Part shown: one piece after another, positions 9,337-20,294 of the stretch
How the letters are laid out: every line of letters starts with the position of its first letter
Position numbering within the stretch: the stretch's first letter is position 1
Origin: Octopus sinensis
Lineage: Eukaryota
Direction of reading: 5' to 3'
Assembly: GCF_006345805.1 (NCBI RefSeq)
Contig: NW_021836391.1
Span: 1 to 24,877 of the forward strand
DNA: 24,877 nucleotides
Made by a program: the position numbers and the translations under genes
The notes under the pieces: generated by a model
The model's database searches: none
Told to the model about the DNA's origin: nothing
Seen by the model: the letters and a program-made list of their open reading frames with translations, nothing else

Positions 9337-9774
9337 TGAAGCGGGAATGTTCTTGGTTGGAGTGTCTTTGATCATAGGTCTGTTTCAATCAAGATTGATC
9401 TGAGACTCAGCAACAACAACAACAATGCATACAGAATAAAAATATTTAATAAAAATATAGTTTCTGTGTTTCAAACCGATAAGAATGGTGAACCAAAAGA
9501 CTTGCAGCCAGCCTTTAGTTACAGTATTGTTTTATTTTATTTTATTTTATTTTTTTAAAGATTTTGTGTTCAAATGTTGTTGGGGGTCAATTTTTGCCTT
9601 TCATCTCTTTCCTCCACCACCACCACCACACCACCAAACCCACCCACCTCCAGGCCTTGATAAAATAAAGTAATGACCAAGGTCTGGGGTGGGGGTAGTG
9701 GAGTTATGTAGTGGGAGGTGGGGGTGGGGGTAATTTTAAATCAATTATGCTGCTTTCTTTTAAAATTTGTGACC

Positions 9775-10040
9775 ATCAAAGTCATATTATTATCATTATG
9801 ATGATGATAATTACTGACGTCATAATTCGTCATCATCATCATCATCATCATCGTTGTCGTCATCATCGTTATCACCATTGTCATTGTCAGCATTGTCTCA
9901 TCATCACTGTCGTAATCATCGTCTTCGTCATCATTGCTATTATTACCATCATTGTCGTCATCTCATCGTCATCATCATCATCATCATCATGGTCGTTATT
10001 AGCAGTACCGGAAGCATCATCAACATTATCATCATTGTTT
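9775..10040. repeat. Degenerate (CAT/CGT)n trinucleotide tract
   Basis: Visible directly; it explains the His/Ile/Ser-rich pseudo-ORFs. Confidence 0.9.
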
Positions 10041-10262
10041 TAAATTAAGCGATCATACATTTTATAGGGCTGTTTTTATTTTTTTTTTATCATTATGATG
10101 GCTCATGTGTGTGTGTGTGTATGTGTGTGTGTGTGTGTGTGTGTGTAGAAAGGAAGTGGGTTCTTTTTTTTTCCTTTTTATTTAATATCACTATGGACAG
10201 ACCAGAGCATTAATAAAATGGTGATAGATTATCGATCTCTGGGTGAAATGATCAGAGCTCAC

Positions 10263-10293
<31 letters not shown>

Positions 10294-10871
10294 TTGCATG
10301 TGTGTGTATCTGCATGTGTCTCTCAGTCTCTATCTCTCTTTCTCTCTCTCTCACACACACATACACATATACACTCATCTTATCAAGTAGTGATAGCCAT
10401 ACAAGATTTCTTGTTTGTTTTTGAAATTGATTTTTGCCAATCATCTTGCATAACGAGATCACGGTCCATTTAATGAAGCTGAAATCAATATGACTTAGTG
10501 TTCGAAAGCTGGGAGGAAATATTTTCCTTTTCGACCTGTTTGTTTTTTTTTGTTTTTTTTTTGTTTTAATTTTGGTTGTTTCAATTCTTGATTTGGTCAC
10601 CTAATAATATTTGCCATGAATATTGAGTGGTTTTAAGCAAAGAATAATGATAGTCTATTAAAGTAAGCAACATTGGTTAAAGAAGAAATATTTCCAAGTT
10701 TTTCTATTTCTTCTTACCGTGGTTAAATTGCGGTTGGGTTATCGATTAATTTCTGGTGTACATTTCGCTGAATCAATCAGTCTGTGAATCTCTTTATCAG
10801 TGTTTCTGTCTGTCTCTGCACATGTATACCTAAATACCAGTCTACATGCCTGCTTACATACATGGAATGGA

Positions 10872-11205
10872 AGCACACCGTCGGTTACAACAACGAGGGT
10901 TCCGGTTGATCCAATCAACGGAACAGCCTGCTCGTGAAATTAATGTGTAAGTGGTTGAGCACTCCACAGACACGTGCACCCTTAACGTAGTTCTCGGGGT
11001 TATTCAGCGTGACACAGAGAGTGACAAGGCCGACCCTTTGAAATACAGGTACAACAGAAACAGGAAGTAAGAGTGAGAGAAAGTTGTGGTGAAAGAGTAC
11101 AGCAGGGATCACCAACATCCCCTGCCGGAGCCTCGTGGAGCTTTAGGTGTTTTCGCTCAATAAACACTCACAACGCCCGGTCTGGGAATTGAAAACGGTG
11201 ATCCT
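10872..11205 (-). mobile_element. SINE with the family C tail and a different body
   Basis: 10872-11053 matches the reverse complement of 1440-1620; 11054-11170 is unrelated to the body of the 1302 copy; B-box-like TTCAATTCCCAGACCGG on the minus strand. Confidence 0.8.
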
Positions 11206-11338
11206 ACATACATACATACATACATATATATATTATATATATATATATACTTGCAATGGAACTGAACCTAAGACAGTGGTGTAGAAGCAAGCTTCTTAAC
11301 CACACAGCCACACCTGCACCTATATGAATATATATGTA

Positions 11339-11758
11339 AGGCACAGGTGTGGCTGTGTGTGTAGGAAGCTTGCTTCTCAAATACATGCCTCTGGGTTCAG
11401 CCCCACTGCGTGGCACCTTGGGTAAGTTTCTTCTTCTGTAGCCTCAGGCCAACCAAAGCCTTGTAAGTGGATTTAGTAGACTGATACTGAAAGAAGCCTG
11501 TTGCATATATATGTGTGTGTATATATTTATATATATTTATGTATATATTTATGTATGTGTGTATTTGTGTTTGTTCTCCTGCCATCACTTGACAACTGAT
11601 GCTGGTGTGTTTAGTGGTTCTGCAAAAGAGACCGATAGGATAAGTACTAGGTTCACAAAGAATAAGTTCTGGGGTTGTTTTTTTGACTAAAACCCTCTAA
11701 GGTGATGCTCCAGCATGGCTGCAGTCAAATGACTGAGACAAGTAAAAGAATAAAAGAA
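11339..11758 (+). mobile_element. SINE family A, preceded by an inverted head fragment at 11258-11321
   Basis: Full head-to-tail homology with 3665-4062. Confidence 0.88.
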
Positions 11759-11808
<50 letters not shown>

Positions 11809-11941
11809 GTGTGTATGATTGCATATAGAAACATATATTACTCAAAGAAATCTCAACCTTGTCTAATTTTCACATTTTATTTACCATCTTATAATAATAT
11901 AATATAATAAAATGATAGAATATTAATTGTCCATTTTGATT

Positions 11942-11984
11942 GAACTAGAACTTTTATGCATTAAACTATGCAATCTTCAGGTTC
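11942..11984 (-). ncRNA. Degenerate minimal type I hammerhead
   Basis: Minus strand: GAAC-CTGAAGA-TTGCAT-AGTTTA-ATGCAT-AAAA-GTTC-TA-GTTC; GAAA is mutated. Confidence 0.72.
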
Positions 11985-12023
11985 ATAACTATCTTCAGGA
12001 CATAACTGTCACCACTACTACAT

Positions 12024-12066
12024 GAACCTGAAGATAGCATAGTTTAATGCATGAAAGTACAAGTTC
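12024..12066 (+). ncRNA. Minimal type I hammerhead with a mutated cleavage triplet
   Basis: GAAC-CTGAAGA-TAGCAT-AGTTTA-ATGCAT-GAAA-GTAC-AA-GTTC. Both core boxes are intact and stem I GAAC/GTTC pairs; U16.1 is changed to A. Confidence 0.75.
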
Positions 12067-12197
12067 AGTCAGAATGAACATTTAATATTCTATCATTTCA
12101 TTATATTATATTGTATTATCTTGTATTAAGATTGTAAATAAAACGTGAAAATTAAACAAAGTTGGAATTTCTTTGAGTAATATAAATATATATAAAA

Positions 12198-12428
12198 GAG
12201 CGATGAGCTGGCAGAATTGTTGGACACTGGGCAAAATGCTTAGTGGTATTTTGCCTGTCATTACTTTCTGTGTTCAAATTCTGCCAAGGTAGACTTTGCC
12301 TTTCATCCTTTCAGGAGTCAATTAAATTAGTATCAGTTATGAACTTGGGTCAATGTAATTGACTTAATCCCTTTGTCTGTCCTTGTTTGTTCCCTCTATG
12401 TTTAGCCCCCTGTGGGCAATAAAGAAAT
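12198..12428 (+). mobile_element. SINE family B
   Basis: GAGCTGGCAGAA head through GTGGGCAATAAAGAAATA tail. Confidence 0.87.
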
Positions 12429-12442
12429 ATATTTCACTGGTT

Positions 12443-12697
12443 CCACTGCCGGTGGCATGTAAAAAGCACCATTTGAGCATGGCTGACGCCAGTGCCAGCT
12501 GACTGGCTCCTGTGTTGGTGGAACGTAAAAAGTACCCGCTACACTCTTGGAATGGTTGGCATTAGGAAGGATATCCAGCTGTAGAAACTTTGCCAGATCA
12601 GACTGGAGCCTGCTGCAGCCTCCTGTCTTGCCAGTCCTCAGTCAAACCATCCAACCCATGCCAACATGGAAAGCAGACGTTCAATAACGATGATGAT
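12443..12697 (+). mobile_element. Family D retroposon
   Basis: Homology to 2415-2610; two GGTGG..GTAAAAAG.ACC units; GATGATGAT tail. Confidence 0.85.
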
Positions 12698-12944
12698 ATA
12701 TACCGTCAGTGTATCATATATCCAAAAAAGAAGCACACTCTAAAGTATAGAGCAGTAAAGTATTTGATCACCAGTTGATCTAACAAGCGGGGCCTCATAT
12801 CAGTGAGGGGGACCGGTGTGCATTGATGCCATTGAGAGGTAGTCCCCAAAACGGCATTCTCTCCCCATACACTTGCTGGCTTCGGGTATGCGGAGTTTTT
12901 GACTGGTAGCACTTGCATGTGCAAGTTGTTTGCCAGACATATAT

Positions 12945-13117
12945 AAGCCAATGTCCGGTCATAGAGTGACCAATGGTTTTGCATCCACCGGGGGCTTAGC
13001 CCTGTGGACGACTCCTAGTACTACAAACTCTGCCATTTAAGTCTAATGAGTTGTTCACAGGGCTAAGCCCTTTATGGATGCAAAACCAGTGGTCACTCTA
13101 TGACCAGACATAGACTT
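12945..13117. mobile_element. Inverted repeat (arms of about 74 nt) made of two degenerate hammerheads
   Basis: Plus strand 13040-13097: AGT-CTAATGA-[stem II GTTGTTCAC..TGGATGC]-AAAA-CCAGTGG-TC-ACT; the left arm gives the same layout on the minus strand. Confidence 0.68.
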
Positions 13118-13164
13118 CACTGCATATAGATACACACACACGCACGCATACATATATTGTTTTT

Positions 13165-13570
13165 GCTAGTCTCTCAAGTCTGAGAAAGATGACTGGATTG
13201 CATGGTCAACACCTATAGACACTCATGTGACTTCCCAGGCCAAAGTCTGATGCACAGATATAGTTGAAGGTCAGGCAAGGAACACTGCTTGCTGGGATAA
13301 GAGCTGATGCCTTTCTGTGTCTCTCATGTTTTGCCTGAGGCACTGCTTACACCAATTGGTTTGGAAGTTGTTTGCTGCTTTGGTCCAGTCAGCTGCAGTA
13401 TGCTCAAGATGGCAAGACTGGAACTTGACCCTCTTCAGGTTGGACTTGAGGTTATCTTTATACCTCTTCTTCAGATGACCTCAGGCACAACTGCTCCTCT
13501 CTAGCTCTCTGTAAAATAACTGTTGTGACACCCTGGATTTTTCCATGCCGATTGCATGGCCTGTCCATCC
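13165..13570 (-). mobile_element. RTE-clade LINE 3' fragment, decayed
   Basis: Minus strand translates WTGHAIGMEKSRVSQQLFYRELERSSCA*GHLKKRYKDNLKSNLK and, further on, PCLTFNYICASDFGLGSHMSV (decayed terminal zinc finger). Confidence 0.85.
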
Positions 13571-13627
13571 ACAATCATACTCAAATACACAATTAACTCA
13601 CACATATACGCATAGTATACTTAGAAT

Positions 13628-13891
13628 GGTGCTATGTCTTTTTGTCTGATGTCACTTCGTCAAATGTCTTTCCATCCACATCTTTTGGTCTGAGGTCCTT
13701 TTTGATCTATGATTTTGTCAAAATCTTATAAAATTCTTAATGATTATTTGATTTTGATGTTCACCTTGTATTCTAAAGAATTTTTTAAAAATTGAACAAA
13801 AAAAACCATTGGGCAAAAAAATCATCGGACAAAAAGACATCAGTCCAAAAGACGTGGACAAAGTGACATCAGACAAAACGTTGGGTCACAG
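13628..13891. mobile_element. MITE with long, internally repetitive TIRs and an 8-bp TSD (hAT- or Mutator-like)
   Basis: CTTAGAAT at 13620-13627 and 13892-13899; TTTTGTCTGATGTCACTT is mirrored by AAGTGACATCAGACAAAA. Confidence 0.72.
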
Positions 13892-14339
13892 CTTAGAATA
13901 TCTGTCTATTTTTGAGATACTTTTCCAATAACTGTTTCGTCATGTGATGATATGCATCTGTCGGTGGGTGATACACCTTGCTGACTTACGTGACATGAGT
14001 CACATCTAATTGTAGAATCCACTAGATTTTCTATTATGCATTACTGTGTGTAATTTCAGTTCAAGATTTAAGTGATGTCATCTCCTTAATTGTATGGTAT
14101 CAACATAATGCTAAAGCTACCACAGATTAGTAATAATTCGATAAAAAAAATTATGGAAGGCTGAAATTAAAGTAAAAATAAAAACGACAAATACACACTC
14201 AAACTCACACATTGGTGTAATCATATGGTTAAATAGTTTACTTCTAAAACTTGTCTATCCAGGTTTGATCCCGTTGTGTGGCATCTTGGGTACATCTATT
14301 CTGTTAGTTTCAAGTTGACCAATATCTCATTAATATTCT

Positions 14340-14575
14340 TATTTCTTTATTGCCCACAAGGAGCATAGAGCATAGAGGGGACAAACAAGGACAGACAAAA
14401 GGATTAAGTCTATTACATTGAACCCAGTGTGTAGCTGGTACTTATTTAATCGACCCTGAAAGGATGAAAGGCAAAGTCGACCTCGGTGGAATTTGAACTC
14501 AGAACGTAGCTGCAGACGAAATACCACTAAGCATTTCACCTGGCATGCTAACATTTCTGCCAGCTCGCCGCCTTG
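14340..14575 (-). mobile_element. SINE family B, full length with TSD
   Basis: Exact 15-bp duplication TCTCATTAATATTCT at 14325-14339 and 14579-14593. Confidence 0.92.
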
Positions 14576-15698
14576 ATGTCTCATTAATATTCTGTTTGTT
14601 TTTATAATATTGAACAGTCACACCATCTTTCGATTTTCTCATTTGCCACTTGGCAGCATAGACATTATGACGTTAATAGTTGCGGTTGTGGTGGCGATGT
14701 GTGTATGTATGTACGTGTGAATGTGTGTTTTCGTATTGTACATGTGTGTATTTCTGTGTTTAAGGGTGTGTATATGTATGTTAGAGAATTATGAGTGATT
14801 TCTTTGTTTGAAAATTTTGAGATACACCTGGTTTTTCTCATTGGTTTTGTCCCTATAGAGAAAAAGGGACACATTTGATAATGTGGTCCCAGGTACAGTA
14901 TGCAGAAGAGAAAGAAGAAATGATCAGATGTTCGTGCTTAGAACGAATTTGGTCATTGATCTACTTGGTCACGTTTGGCCTGGCCTGGGGCTAAATAACT
15001 TCATTAACTGTTGCCATATGGAAAAGGTGTTTTAAATGAGAAAACTACCCAGACGTTTTGACATTTGGGCTTTCACTTGTTTAAAATAATTATTTGAAAT
15101 ACTTCTATTTTATTAAAAAAATAAAATACGAATATTTCATCATAAAAAGAAATTTTAAAAAAAGAAATCTGAAAAAAATTTTTAAATTTCTAAAAAAACC
15201 CAATGCATTAACATTATTAAACAGATTGTACAAATACTTTTTATTATATTAATGAAGGAATTTTAAAATATGTTACTTCTGTTGAATTTTTTTCCCTTCG
15301 ATTAAAAAGTTTTACCCATGAGTTCACTTGTCACAGTCAGTATTCACAAATGTATTTGATGTTTTTTTTGTTGTAATATCTCCCTATTTTAATAATTTAG
15401 TTTTTGTTTTAAGTTTTAAATTTGAATTTTTTCCCCTCAATATTATTTCATTTCTAATATAATAAAATCACCATAAAGCCACCCACCCCCAAAAATGAAG
15501 GTAAACATAAAATATTATTCATACATATATATATGTGTGTGTGTGTATAGGCATAGGAGTAGCTGTGTGGTAAGTAGCTCGCTTACAGACCACATGGTTC
15601 CGGGTTCAGTCTCAACTAATGCTTTATCCTGAAAACATATATTGGGTTTAGTTTAACACCAGGGTATTAGTATTACTAAGCCTAAGTAAAATATTAAT

Positions 15699-16055
15699 GT
15701 AGGCATGGCTGTGTGGTAAGAAGCTTGCTTCCCACCCACATGGTTCCAGGTTCAGTCCCACTGTGTGGTACCTTGGGTAAGTGTCTCAGGTTGACCAAAG
15801 CTTTGTGACTGGATTTGGTAGGCAGAAACTGAAAGAAGCCCATCAAATATAAATGTGTGTGTCTTTGTTTCTGTGTTTGTCCCCACTCCATAACCAGTGT
15901 TGGTGTATTTATGTCCCCGTAATTTAGTGGTTTTGCAAAAGAGACTAACAGAATAAGTACTAAGCTTTTAAAAAAAAAAAGTTCTGGGGCCAACATGTTT
16001 GACTAAGGCATGGCCACAGTCAAATGACTGAAACAAGTAAAAGGATAAAAGAATA
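15699..16055 (+). mobile_element. SINE family A (plus a head-only fragment at 15549-15612)
   Basis: Homology to 3665-4062 with internal deletions. Confidence 0.87.
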
Positions 16056-16134
16056 AAAAAAAACTATGTATATGTATGTTTGTGTGTGCGTGTGTATATG
16101 TGATGTTTTCTAAATATTGAAATTTTCTTTTCAG

Positions 16135-16276
16135 AACAAAAAGTTGTTGATTTTACTCGAGCTGCCAGAAAAGCCCGTTTGAAATCTTCCTTGATTTGGT
16201 TGGCCAAAAAGATGAAGATGATTCAGTACCTTGAAGACACATACCCGAACAGTGCATCTATCCAAGATTTATTAGT
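16135..16276 (+). CDS. Internal coding exon (phase 1 to 2), N-terminal part of a winged-helix domain
   Basis: Acceptor TTTTCTTTTCAG, donor GTGAGT; the single open frame reads QKVVDFTRAARKARLKSSLIWLAKKMKMIQYLEDTYPNSASIQDLL; unique complex sequence; splices in frame to 19310. Confidence 0.85.
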
Positions 16277-16302
16277 GTGAGTTAAAATTTTATTTTTGAT
16301 GC

Positions 16303-16336
<34 letters not shown>

Positions 16337-16580
16337 TGTGTACAGTGCTCAGGTGCACTACAACTCATCTAAAGTGTATATATAATCAGGTGTAGTTTCG
16401 GCGGATTTCGGAAAGCATGAGGGCCTTAAAGGATGCAGTGTCATGGCAGTCAACAACTGACACAGGCAGTTTATTCCATGCTTCAGCAACTCTGAGCGTG
16501 AAAAAATGTTTCCGACAGTCATGGGAGCTGTGTTGTTTTCTGACTTTGTAGGCATGTCCACGTGTGTTAGACACATGGAG
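16303..16580 (-). mobile_element. CR1-group LINE 3' end with (TTA)n tail
   Basis: ORF 16386-16574 reads TRGHAYKVRKQ...RKHFFTLRVAEAWNKLP...FK, the CR1-type ORF2 C-terminal motif; (TAA)n at 16303-16335. Confidence 0.9.
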
Positions 16581-16616
16581 ATCAATGGGTTGCTAAATCT
16601 ACTAAATCACACCTCT

Positions 16617-16960
16617 GTTCAGTCCCACTGCATGGCACCTTGGGCAAGTGTCTTCTACTATAGCCTCAGGCCAACCAAAGCCTTGTGAGTGGATTTGGTA
16701 GATGGAAACTGGAAGAAGCCCGTCATATATATGTAGATATATATATATATATGTATATGTTTGTGTGTCTGTATTTGTACCCCCAACATTGCTTGACAAC
16801 CGATGCTGATGTGTTTACATCCCTGTAACTAAGCGGTTCGGCAAGAGAGACGATAGAATAAGTACTAGGCTTACAAAGAATAAGTCCTGGGGTCAATATG
16901 CTCGACTAAAGGCGGTGCTCCAGCATGGCCACAGTCAAATGACTGAAACAAGTGAAGGAG
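16617..16960 (+). mobile_element. SINE family A, 5'-truncated
   Basis: Starts at B-box GTTCAGTCCC and has the full tail. Confidence 0.9.
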
Positions 16961-17042
16961 TAATGAGTTAAAATGCACACTATGTGTCTATGTATTTCAA
17001 TCTTGGTTAATAATCAAAAGTGTAATATCAGGAATGCAAGTA

Positions 17043-17554
17043 CCATAAATCCTCGAGTATAGTCCGCCCTTGAATATAATACACAGGGGATTTTAGGGGG
17101 CTGTACCTCTGAAAAACCTAAACCTTGTCTATAATACGCACTCCTTCTCTAACTTGAGTCAAGGAGGTCTATATAATGTCCTTGGTTTGTAAAAATGTAT
17201 ATGGTAATGTCCTTTATTATTATTGTATATATAACATAATGCAAATGTGTAGCTTTTTTGTGCACTTTGTTTGCAGAAAATAAAGAAATTACAGTAATAA
17301 CGTTTAATAAATGTTGCTTACTGCAAATTATGGATGATTTTTTTTATGACTTCATTGATTTCAGGCTTAGCTTAAGGCATTTTCGCACCCGATATCACAA
17401 AATTCGTCTGAAGAAACATTGCCAGACAGCAAATAGAGACTCAGACATTGCTTAGAAAATATTTTTCATTTTTAGCCTCGTATATAGTACGCACTGGAGA
17501 TTTTGACCTTTAAATTTTGGGGAAAAAATGTGGATAATACTCGAGGATTTACAG
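17043..17554. mobile_element. Tc1/mariner-superfamily (pogo/Tc2-like) MITE
   Basis: TA-CCATAAATCCTCGAGTAT ... ATACTCGAGGATTTACAG-TA; TA target duplication; no ORF. Confidence 0.85.
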
Positions 17555-17579
17555 TAACATTATATAAAAGGGTGTGAAT

Positions 17580-18165
17580 CTCAGAGATCAGTGAGTCTGT
17601 CCAGGCTGAATTCGATGCAAGAATTACAGGTGCTGGTACAGTCATATGATCCTCAGAAAAGGAGAGGTTGGTAATAAAAACCAAACTTGCTATCTCTCAT
17701 TTGGTTTAGTATCTTGTCCCCACCTATGGTCATAAATGATAAGTAATGCCTGAAAGAGTATGATCATGAATGCAAGCAACCAAAATCTGAAGGATCTCTG
17801 GAATAATGTTATCCAACAGGGTGTGGAGCTTGGAGATCAGAGAATGTCCTCCTGTTGATCTGTTACTCCTCTGTATTGTGAAGTTACATCTTCGGTATTA
17901 TGGACAAGTGATTAGAATCTTGCAGGAAAGAGTCACAAAATAGATTATTCAAGCTGAGCCAACTGTCAGAAATCCAAGGTGGGTAGACCAAGAATGAGAT
18001 GGTTGGGTAAAATCTATAGTTACAGTTTGTTTATACTTGGTAACCCACCTGTGTATTTAATAATGGTTGCTTCTGATAGTACCTTATGGAGGAATTGCCT
18101 GAGGATTCTACGCCCACTCCACAACCCTCCCAGGAATAGTGGGCAGCAAATATAGATGGATGGAT
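17580..18165 (+). mobile_element. RTE-clade (Rex3/Expander-like) LINE 3' fragment, decayed
   Basis: Broken frames give EFDARITGAG, KTKLAI, PTYGHK, LHLRYYGQVIRI, GRPRMRWL and DSTLWRNCL; ends GATGGATGGA. Confidence 0.82.
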
Positions 18166-18344
18166 ATTTTCTTGTGGTAAACTGGCAGAGTTAAAAGCAC
18201 ATTAGCTTGCATAGAATTCCTCATATTTCTTCAGAGTCTTAGCATTCTGAGTTCAAACCTCACCAAGGTTAACTTTGTCTTTGATCCTTTCTTAACTGAT
18301 AGCTAGACTTCCATTCCAGGATGGTGAATAAGCAAAATGGTTAC

Positions 18345-18485
18345 AGCAGGGCATCCAGCTGTAGAAACTCTGCCAGATCAAGATTGGAGCCTGGTGCAGC
18401 CATCTGGTTTGCCAGCCCTCAGTCAAAATCGTCCAACCCATGCTAGCATGGAAAGCAGACGTTAAACAATGATGATGATGATGAT
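18345..18485 (+). mobile_element. Family D retroposon, 3' part
   Basis: GGGCATCCAGCTGTAGAAAC...CCCATGCTAGCATGGAAAGC followed by (GAT)n. Confidence 0.85.
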
Positions 18486-18839
18486 CAAATGAAATGTCTT
18501 GTAGTGTCTGCTTTAGTTCTTTTTGTTTGAGTTGCCAACAGCAAGAACTAATCACACAAATACAGGAGCACACCTAGCCTGTAATTCACTTTTGTGGACA
18601 GGTAAGCTTACAGCCATTGTAGATTAGCCAGCAATATCATGCTGAAGCCGCATTTAAAAGGGGACTGAAAATGACTGAAGTGAATTTTACACCATTTTCA
18701 AGATATATATGGTATTTGAAAGATCATGTCATTAACAGTTTCAGTATCACCTCGTTTATACTGATATGCAAATTACTTTGGCCTCAGAAGGAGAGGGACA
18801 TGGAGCTAATTATTGTATGCATAACATTTGAAACAATAA

Positions 18840-19064
18840 TTGGGTTGTCCGGAAAGTTTGTGCTGATTTTTAAAGGAAAGAAAAAAGTCAATAAATACTT
18901 GCCATTACATTTTTAATCAACCAAATATGAACCATTTTGTTGCACAATGCATCTCCATCTTTCCCTTAACTTGAAAATACCCTCTTCCCAGAATTGAGGT
19001 GCCTGGGAGGGTAAGTTGAAAAGTAAGCTACTATAAATCGGCACAAACTATCCGGACAATCCAA
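18840..19064 (-). mobile_element. Internally deleted mariner element retaining the transposase C-terminus
   Basis: TIRs of about 30 bp (TTGGGTTGTCCGGAAAGTTTGTGCTGATTT / AAATCGGCACAAACTATCCGGACAATCCAA-TA); minus strand 18999-18913 reads PQFWEEGIFKLRERWRCIVQQNGSYLVD*. Confidence 0.9.
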
Positions 19065-19071
19065 TACATTA

Positions 19072-19230
19072 TTACTCTTTACTCTTTTACTCTTTTACTT
19101 GTTTCAGTCATTTGACTGTGGCCATGCTGGAGCACCGCCTTTAGTCGAGCAAATCGACCCCGGGACTTATTCTTTGTAAGCCCAGTACTTATTCTATTGG
19201 TCTCTTTTGCCAAACTGCTAAGTGACGGGG
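19072..19230 (-). mobile_element. SINE family A, 3' part with repeated (GAGTAAAA) tail
   Basis: Nearly identical to 5604-5745. Confidence 0.9.
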
Positions 19231-19309
19231 AATTAGCTTCATTAAAAAAGAAAGATCAAACTAGTAATGAAAATTAATAAAATATATCTTTATATTTATG
19301 TTTGTACAG

Positions 19310-19446
19310 GAATTCAAAGGTGAAGCAAACAGACATGTTTACAGCTGTGGTGATGTTAAATGAAATGCAGAAGAGGGGCCTCATCAAAGAGGTTGACAAA
19401 GGAATGTGGATGAGGGTTCCTATCAGTCAGCAAAACAGCTCTAACA
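19310..19446 (+). CDS. Internal coding exon (phase 2 to 1), recognition helix and wing of a winged-helix domain
   Basis: Acceptor TTTATGTTTGTACAG, donor GTATGT; (V)NSKVKQTDMFTAVVMLNEMQKRGLIKEVDKGMWMRVPISQQNSSN; LxEMxxRGLI plus a beta-hairpin is typical of wHTH. Confidence 0.85.
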
Positions 19447-19499
19447 GTATGTAGCACATATATATATATGTTTTTAATATCTTTCTTTGCCCTGCTCTC

Positions 19500-19956
19500 A
19501 TGCCATGTACTAAGCACCCACTACACTATGGAAACTTGTCGATGTTAGGAAGGGCATCCGGCCATAGAAACCATGCCAAAACAGACAATTGGAGCCTAGT
19601 GCAGCTCTTTCCAGCTGACTAACTCCTGTCAAACTGTGCAACCATGTGAGCATGTAAAATGAACATTAAATGATGTTGCCAGTGCCGCCTCGACTGGCTT
19701 CCGTGCCGGTGGCACGTAAAAAGCACCATCTGATCATGGCCGTTTGCCAGCCTCGACTGGCACCTGTGCTGGTGGCACATAAAAAGCACCCACTACACTC
19801 TCGGAGTGGTTGGCGTTAGGAAAGGCATCCAGCTGTAGAAACATTGCCAGATCAGACTGGGCCTGGTGCAGCCTTCTGGCTTCACAGACCCCAGTTGCAC
19901 CGTCCAACCCATGCTAGCATGGAAAGCGGACGTTAAACGATGATGATGATGATGAT
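19500..19956 (+). mobile_element. Two adjacent family D retroposon copies (older 19500-19675, younger 19676-19956)
   Basis: AAGCACCCACTACACT...AGGAAGGGCATCC occurs twice; final (GAT)n tail. Confidence 0.85.
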
Positions 19957-20294
19957 GTGTATGTGTCTGTCTGTTCCATGCTCATCAACTAACTACCCTG
20001 CCTTTATAGATACACATACACCCATGTACATATTTATACACACATACATGCATCCACTTACATTCACCCTGCTACATACACACACTCGCACAAGAACTAT
20101 AAATTACATATTATAAATATATGTATTTAGAAATATATGCAATCATAAAAAAAAAATTATTAGTACTCATGTTCCACTCTCATGTTCCACACTCACACGG
20201 CTACATGCACATATTGAAATCCTATCCTAATTTTTGTTAAACAGTCAGCAACGAAATGAATTAACCTATTTAACATTTATATATTTTTCACTTA

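Larger units (their letters stand above)
11834..12184. mobile_element. Foldback of about 350 bp: two inverted PLE-like pLTR remnants with hammerheads
   Basis: TATATTACTCAAAGAAAT ... ATTTCTTTGAGTAATATA; arms of about 150 nt around a spacer of about 35 nt. Confidence 0.82.

Noticed and set aside
9580-9735. C-rich then G-rich tracts suggesting a hairpin or G-quadruplex element
   Set aside because: They lie in a decayed family B-like SINE relic with microsatellite expansion; low-complexity pairing is expected by chance.
10716-10770. Minus-strand segment bounded by CAG and a GTAAGA donor
   Set aside because: Stops in all three frames and a weak pyrimidine tract; at most a non-coding exon.
16135-19446. 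Z-alpha (ADAR1/ZBP1-type Z-DNA-binding) identity for the winged helix
   Set aside because: The fold pattern is similar and a wing Trp is present, but the recognition-helix Asn/Tyr and the wing Pro-Pro are absent.
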